64,000 bases of DNA from Planctomycetota bacterium (lineage in GTDB: Bacteria > Planctomycetota > UBA8108 > SXIK01), in contig OZ244999.1 of the NCBI GenBank assembly GCA_965223265.1, positions 3,232,001-3,296,000 on the forward strand, in the 5' to 3' direction. Below are positions 58,756 through 64,000 of the stretch, one piece after another. Positions within the stretch are counted from its first letter, which is position 1; each line of letters begins with the position of its first letter. A program made the position numbers and the translations under genes. The notes under the pieces were generated by a model. It was given only the letters and a program-made list of their open reading frames with translations. It did not search any database and was not told the DNA's origin.

Positions 58756-61700
58756 ATGTCGAGTACCTTACAGCTACGTCCTAAAAAGTTATTGCGCCTC
58801 ACTTTGCTCTTCACGGTGATCTGCGTCTTCTGGGCCGCCGGTGTCCTTCAGAGCCTCCGAGCAAACGCACCTCCGCCACCTCCGGAGCCCGCTGCACCCT
58901 TCGCAGTCAGTGCTCCCGAAAACTCTCTTGGAATCCAGGAAAGACGAAACTCGGTCACTCTACCGTCAGGTGGCGAAATCCACTATCACGAAGGAATTGT
59001 CCGCTACAAGGCAATCGGCATCTCCCTCCCGGGACCCGGACGCGGATTTGCGCACATCCCGACATACTGCAACCGACACGAGAACGGCTCGAACATAGGC
59101 AGCAATGATGGAAATTTCGAAAGCCCGCAAGGAGTGAACTGGCACACGGGGTTACTTCGACTTCTCGAAATGGACAACAACGTTATCTATGTTGTAGGTG
59201 AAGGAACGGCCTCCTCGAAATACGAAAAAACATCAACATACTGGCAGGGAACGCAAGGAATCGACGCGGAGATTCATTCGAAAAGCGACGAACTAGTTCT
59301 TCGAAGCACAGAAGGTTCAGTTGTATATTTTTACGATTTTGATCAAGGAGAATTATCAGGTAAGCCCAAACGACTCGTCGATCCTATCGGAAACGACATA
59401 CTCACGATGTCTTACTACGCAACCGGACCAGTTAATGAGCTAAAGACAGTCACGCACTCGACAGGAAGAACTTGGAACTACACCTATATAAACAATGCCG
59501 GAAAACAACGAATCAGCACAATAGAAATAAAAAACAACTTCGACATAATAGTTGCAGAAATCGAATATCTATATTTCGATTCGCAGTACGAAGGAAATTC
59601 TCAGTCTGACATGTTCCATACCGGTTCCGGAACGGATGGAGATTTAATGAGAATTATAGTAAAGGAAAAGGATTCTAACGAAAATATCGGTGACCGCATC
59701 CGCACAATAGCATTCCGTTATTACACAGGATCGAAGGCTCATAAGCTAAAGTATGTCGTTGGTCCACAGAGTTACAAAGATCTCGAATCGACGTATGGAG
59801 ACCCTCTAAAATCTACCGATGTTCAAATCGACGAATACGATACTCACTATTATCAATACGATAGTATAGGAAGAGTGACAGGTTCTTTTGTTCAAACAAC
59901 GGAATGCAACTGCAGTTCAGGAGAAACGTTATATGCATACGAAGAAAGAACGCTTAAACCAACTGATTTTAACAGCTGGGCGACTCGTGTGACTCAAACT
60001 AATCCAGACGGAACTGCAAAAATTGTAGACGTGAATATTGCCGGATCTATAATAACTGAAATTATTCAAAGCGATGACGCATGGATACCCGGCGAGCAGC
60101 GTTGGATAACGCACTACGATTTTGATTCCGAGGGAAGAGTTGTCGGCATAGCGTACCCATCGGCCGTCTCCTCATACGAAGAATCGACACATACTGCAAC
60201 CGTCCTGTCAAGTTCCGGTCTAATTCACGGGATAACATATGACTCAAGCGGAAACCTAGTTGAGCAGAGAGTAAAGGAAGGGAGTGCGCGCGTCGGATAT
60301 CTTGTTCGAAAGGTTGCCTATGGCTCCAAATCTTTGGGAAGCAATACAATATATTTCCCAACAAGCGAGAAAACATACACGATTGAAACTACTGCCGACA
60401 ACAGCGGAGCTGAAACAACTTTTACGTATGAATGGTATCCAGACGTCAATGACGTAGATGAAGATTCGGATGTGTTGGAGGACTCCTTACAGGTTGAGGA
60501 AATCGAAACTACGCTGGTCTCCGTTCCTACAATCGAAAATGGAGAAGGGGTTCCACATTCGCGCAGTGTATACTTCGATACGAAAGGGCAAATGGTCTGG
60601 GGGAAAGACGAGTCCGGATCGATTACGTATCGCGAGTACGATCCTCATATGGGCGTTGTAGTAACGCTAATTAATGATGCGAATACAGCGGGCCTAGGTC
60701 CTCCGGGCGGCTACACAAGCAGTTCTGGTTTACACCTTGAATTTTCCTACTCCTTGGACGATTATGGCCGCGTGATATCTATGACAGACCCTGAAGGGCG
60801 CGTTGAAAAGTATTTCTACACACATCTATTGAACGGGAACGCCGTAACTCTCACTTACCCCCATGTAGACGACAGCGGGAATACAGCGGAAACGCCCGTT
60901 GCAATCGTGGTGTATGATCACAATGGAGATCGAGTCACAGAAGCAATGGGGGTTCCTGGGGGAGTCGATGAACCTGACAGCAATTTGTTTGATGACTTTA
61001 CGACGAATGAATTGTTGATAGAAGATGCGTTTCTTGGGAGTCTATATGGAAGGGTAGATTTTGAATATTCCGGAGGAAAAAAAATAAAACGTATCGAGTG
61101 GTCAGAAGGCAGCGACGGGTCACAAGAAAAATGGGAGACGGTGTTTGCTTATGACACTATGGGTCGCATAGAGAGAGAGAGGGATGATGGAGGAACGATC
61201 AAAAAGCACACGTACACAGTTGCCGGGAAAATAAAAACTCTATCGATTGGAACCAGTGACGGACCATCCGGAAATATGACGACGGTTCGGCGATGGTATT
61301 ATGACAACGAAGAATTATCTGGTGGGACTACCGGAAATGGCAATTTAACACGAGAAGAGCACTTTATAGATAGTTCTTCGAGTCATATTGTAAATTATCT
61401 ATACGACTGGAGAGATCGGCGAACTTCAGCAAGTCATGAAGAAGATGTGGTTGAGGTATGGACTTATGATAATAACAACCGACCGACTGAGTATTATTTA
61501 TATCAAGGTGATCCGACCCCGGCTAATTTGAGAGAAAAGAGAGAACGGAATTATGATGTGCGAGGCAATGTTTATAAGATCGTCACGTACGAGGTTGAAA
61601 AAAATGGTCCTGTTCCACCTCTCGGGACGATCGGATCTTCGACATCGACGAACATATGGCGCGATCCTCGTGGGGCATTTATCAAAATCGCGTCTCCAAA

Positions 61701-64000
61701 AGGGTTGTTTAGAAAATATGAGTACGACGGCGCGCAGAGGTTGATCAAATCCTATACGTCCTATGACACAGACGAAACGGCGTACGCGGACGCGACGGGT
61801 GTGTCGGATGATATTGTGATCGAGCAGGTCGAGTTCGATCATGATAAAACTGGGAAGATTCTCTTGAAGACAGAATTTTCCCGAAGGGAAGAGCATCTTC
61901 TTCCAGGAGCTCTTGATGGATCAAGCGGGATTCGTCACTATGAATGCCTATGGTATGACGCAATGCATCGACCTACGCATGTCGCCGACTATGGCACGAA
62001 TGGAGGATCGGATCTTATTCGGCCATTAGTGCCTCCGATCGCTAGTGACTCAGTCCTTCTGACTGTGGCGAATTATGACGAGGTGGGGAGAATTCAAGAC
62101 GAAATCGACGTCGACGGCGATGTTAAAAGGTATGGATATGACAATTTCGGTAGGTTGACTAGTATCGTGGACAATTTCGTCGACGGGATTCCCGGTGACA
62201 GCGACGATGATAGGAAGCAAGTCATTTCTTATAATTCTGTGCATCAAGTTACACATCGGAAAATTTGGATGAGTAGCTCGGAAACCCAGGAGACCGAGTG
62301 GGTGTATGGCGTGGCGATTGGTACTGGCGAGGGGCAGTCGAGAATTGCCTCCAATCGATTAGTAAAAATCATCCGACATCCTGATCCGTCCACAGGTCAG
62401 CCGGCCGATCCTCCTGGTAACCAGGAGATTTTTGCGTATAACATCCAGGAGGATGTGATTCACCATGAAGGGCGAAATGGGATCAAACATGTATTCGAAT
62501 ATGATGGGCTCGGTCGATTGGTCGTGGACAAAGTGTCAAACACAGAACCTTGGCCCGACGATGTAGATAGCTCGATTAAACGAATCCAGTGGTCGTATGA
62601 TGTAAGCGGGAGACCGGTTTCTGTCGTGAGTTTTACGGATGTCTCGGGGGCGGCAGGAAGTGTGGATAACGAGGTTAGGATCGTTTACAACGGTTTTGGA
62701 CAAATAAGACAGAGTTTTCAAGAACACTCGGGCGTCGTCGATTCAGGTACGTTATCCGTTTCGTACTCGTGGTCACAGGCGTCGTCGGGCGATCCGATAA
62801 GTCGCTTGATTCACTTGCAGTATCCGGGAAGTGGCAGGAGGATATATTTTCAATACGACAATTCGACAGGATCGACCGACCATGAGAAGATGGATTGGGT
62901 CTTAAATCGTATTAGTGGTATTTCAAATGTTCCGTCCAGTTTGGAGGACCGTATAGTTGATTATTCTTATGAGGGATTTGGTCGTATCGTTTCAAAAAAG
63001 TATGAAGTATTGGGATCTGGGGAGGTCGTGTTTACGTACGGATATGACTCCCTAGGTCGTCGAAGTTCAGTTAATGTGCAGGGATTGGGAAACATCAACG
63101 ACTTTGCTTACGGATTTAATAGAAGTTCCGCACCGATATGGAGGGAGGAGACGTACTTCGGAGGGAAGGATGAGCGATACACCTACGACGAGCTTGGGCG
63201 CGTGGATGGTTTCGAGAGAGGAGATCTGGATGTTGCGAAGACAAGCATCGAGAGCGTCGTGCGAAGCCAAGGTTGGACCCTTGATCTCTTGGGGAACTGG
63301 GAGGAGGTCAGCACGGGGGGGGACGCTACAGAACGATCGCATAATCGAGCGAATCAGATTGACGAAGTCGATGTAGGTAGCGGGAGCGGAGATCCGGTGT
63401 ATGATGAGAATGGAAACACAGAGTTTATAGAGAAGCCGGCGCCGTCAAGCCGTACGTTTATCTACGATGGGTGGAACCGAGTTGTGGGGATAAAATTCGG
63501 CGCGCAGCTCGTGGCGGACTATTCTTACGATGGTATGAATCGACGGATTCGAGATGGGTCAGCCGATCGAGATTATTACTACACAGCACAATGGCAGGTT
63601 TTGTCGGAACGGGATGGTGATTCTGCTACCGATGATTCGAAAATGGAATATGTTTGGGGGTATGGCTATATAGATGAAATTATTTCTCGGAGCGAGGACG
63701 GAAACAACGATGGGGATACTCAGGACGCGGCGGATGAGAGTGTATACTATGTCCAAGATGACAATTGGAACGTCACGACTCTTATCGACGAGGCGGGGAG
63801 CGTTGTTGAGCGGTATCTGTATGATCCCTACGGTCTGGCGACGATTTTTAGCGGCATGTGGGGTGGTCAGGGAAGTGCTGTGTATCGAAACCGTGTACTT
63901 TTTGGGGGGCGATTGTGGAACGCCAGTGGGCTCGTGTATGATTATCGACGCCGAGAATACAGCCCGTATATAGGCCGCTTTTTGCAGACGGATCCGATTG
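58756..64000 (+). CDS. Rhs/YD-repeat protein with a Sec-type signal peptide (at least 1748 aa; 3' end and toxin tip outside the window)
   Basis: GGAG RBS, ATG 58756, MSSTLQLRPKKLLRLTLLFTVICVFWAAGVLQSLRA then PPPPP; YD repeats (YDSIGR, YDTMGR, YDGLGR, YDELGR); core end YDPYG...REYSPYIGRFLQTDPI in the same frame at the window end. Confidence 0.93.
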   Translation, partial: MSSTLQLRPKKLLRLTLLFTVICVFWAAGVLQSLRANAPPPPPEPAAPFAVSAPENSLGIQERRNSVTLPSGGEIHYHEGIVRYKAIGISLPGPGRGFAHIPTYCNRHENGSNIGSNDGNFESPQGVNWHTGLLRLLEMDNNVIYVVGEGTASSKYEKTSTYWQGTQGIDAEIHSKSDELVLRSTEGSVVYFYDFDQGELSGKPKRLVDPIGNDILTMSYYATGPVNELKTVTHSTGRTWNYTYINNAGKQRISTIEIKNNFDIIVAEIEYLYFDSQYEGNSQSDMFHTGSGTDGDLMRIIVKEKDSNENIGDRIRTIAFRYYTGSKAHKLKYVVGPQSYKDLESTYGDPLKSTDVQIDEYDTHYYQYDSIGRVTGSFVQTTECNCSSGETLYAYEERTLKPTDFNSWATRVTQTNPDGTAKIVDVNIAGSIITEIIQSDDAWIPGEQRWITHYDFDSEGRVVGIAYPSAVSSYEESTHTATVLSSSGLIHGITYDSSGNLVEQRVKEGSARVGYLVRKVAYGSKSLGSNTIYFPTSEKTYTIETTADNSGAETTFTYEWYPDVNDVDEDSDVLEDSLQVEEIETTLVSVPTIENGEGVPHSRSVYFDTKGQMVWGKDESGSITYREYDPHMGVVVTLINDANTAGLGPPGGYTSSSGLHLEFSYSLDDYGRVISMTDPEGRVEKYFYTHLLNGNAVTLTYPHVDDSGNTAETPVAIVVYDHNGDRVTEAMGVPGGVDEPDSNLFDDFTTNELLIEDAFLGSLYGRVDFEYSGGKKIKRIEWSEGSDGSQEKWETVFAYDTMGRIERERDDGGTIKKHTYTVAGKIKTLSIGTSDGPSGNMTTVRRWYYDNEELSGGTTGNGNLTREEHFIDSSSSHIVNYLYDWRDRRTSASHEEDVVEVWTYDNNNRPTEYYLYQGDPTPANLREKRERNYDVRGNVYKIVTYEVEKNGPVPPLGTIGSSTSTNIWRDPRGAFIKIASPKGLFRKYEYDGAQRLIKSYTSYDTDETAYADATGVSDDIVIEQVEFDHDKTGKILLKTEFSRREEHLLPGALDGSSGIRHYECLWYDAMHRPTHVADYGTNGGSDLIRPLVPPIASDSVLLTVANYDEVGRIQDEIDVDGDVKRYGYDNFGRLTSIVDNFVDGIPGDSDDDRKQVISYNSVHQVTHRKIWMSSSETQETEWVYGVAIGTGEGQSRIASNRLVKIIRHPDPSTGQPADPPGNQEIFAYNIQEDVIHHEGRNGIKHVFEYDGLGRLVVDKVSNTEPWPDDVDSSIKRIQWSYDVSGRPVSVVSFTDVSGAAGSVDNEVRIVYNGFGQIRQSFQEHSGVVDSGTLSVSYSWSQASSGDPISRLIHLQYPGSGRRIYFQYDNSTGSTDHEKMDWVLNRISGISNVPSSLEDRIVDYSYEGFGRIVSKKYEVLGSGEVVFTYGYDSLGRRSSVNVQGLGNINDFAYGFNRSSAPIWREETYFGGKDERYTYDELGRVDGFERGDLDVAKTSIESVVRSQGWTLDLLGNWEEVSTGGDATERSHNRANQIDEVDVGSGSGDPVYDENGNTEFIEKPAPSSRTFIYDGWNRVVGIKFGAQLVADYSYDGMNRRIRDGSADRDYYYTAQWQVLSERDGDSATDDSKMEYVWGYGYIDEIISRSEDGNNDGDTQDAADESVYYVQDDNWNVTTLIDEAGSVVERYLYDPYGLATIFSGMWGGQGSAVYRNRVLFGGRLWNASGLVYDYRRREYSPYIGRFLQTDPI

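Larger units (their letters stand above)
53633..64000. mobile_element. Degenerate genomic island integrated at tRNA-Arg(CCG)
   Basis: Integrase directly after the tRNA, nested mobile-element debris, visibly more AT-rich DNA from about 58.4 kb; distal att site not seen. Confidence 0.7.

Noticed and set aside
58841-63973. Scattered short ORFs suggesting a gene-poor or pseudogenised region
   Set aside because: All are off-frame or antisense to the single Rhs frame starting at 58756, which the track omits because it has no stop in the window
1-64000. CRISPR array or cas genes
   Set aside because: No regularly spaced direct repeats with unique spacers and no cas motifs were seen; the repeats found are palindromic MITE-like elements
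53633-64000. Distal att site (tRNA 3' duplication) or prophage
   Set aside because: No second copy of the tRNA 3' end was noticed and no capsid, terminase or tail genes are present

Overview
High-GC bacterial chromosomal segment; the gene content suggests a Planctomycetota/PVC-type organism, which is an inference. 1-29.5 kb: envelope and housekeeping genes (arnB/arnD-like, LptF/G permease, acnA, InaA-type kinase plus methyltransferase, octaheme-TPR cytochrome, phytoene/squalene synthase, mlaEFD, dacB) with two families of palindromic MITE-like elements. 29.7-50.1 kb: one co-oriented, tightly coupled cluster comprising an FHA-GAF sigma54 activator, a double-FHA membrane protein, a PilM-PilN fusion, a PilO-like protein, a TPR protein and five class III prepilin genes (GspG/H/K/J/I-like). 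The GspK-like protein is about 2060 aa and carries a repeated 'IGxExxxY...RGxxGT...H' module; no ATPase, platform protein or secretin gene is visible. This cluster is the best candidate for an undescribed system. 51.5-53.6 kb: holA, PTS EIIA and tRNA-Arg(CCG). 53.7-64 kb: an island next to the tRNA with a truncated integrase, RIT and DDE-transposase debris, a LuxR-type HTH followed by a 38-bp palindrome, a TPR protein and a Rhs/YD protein with a Sec-type signal peptide (at least 1748 aa, open to the window end and therefore missing from the ORF track). All family calls are by motif recognition; no searches were run.
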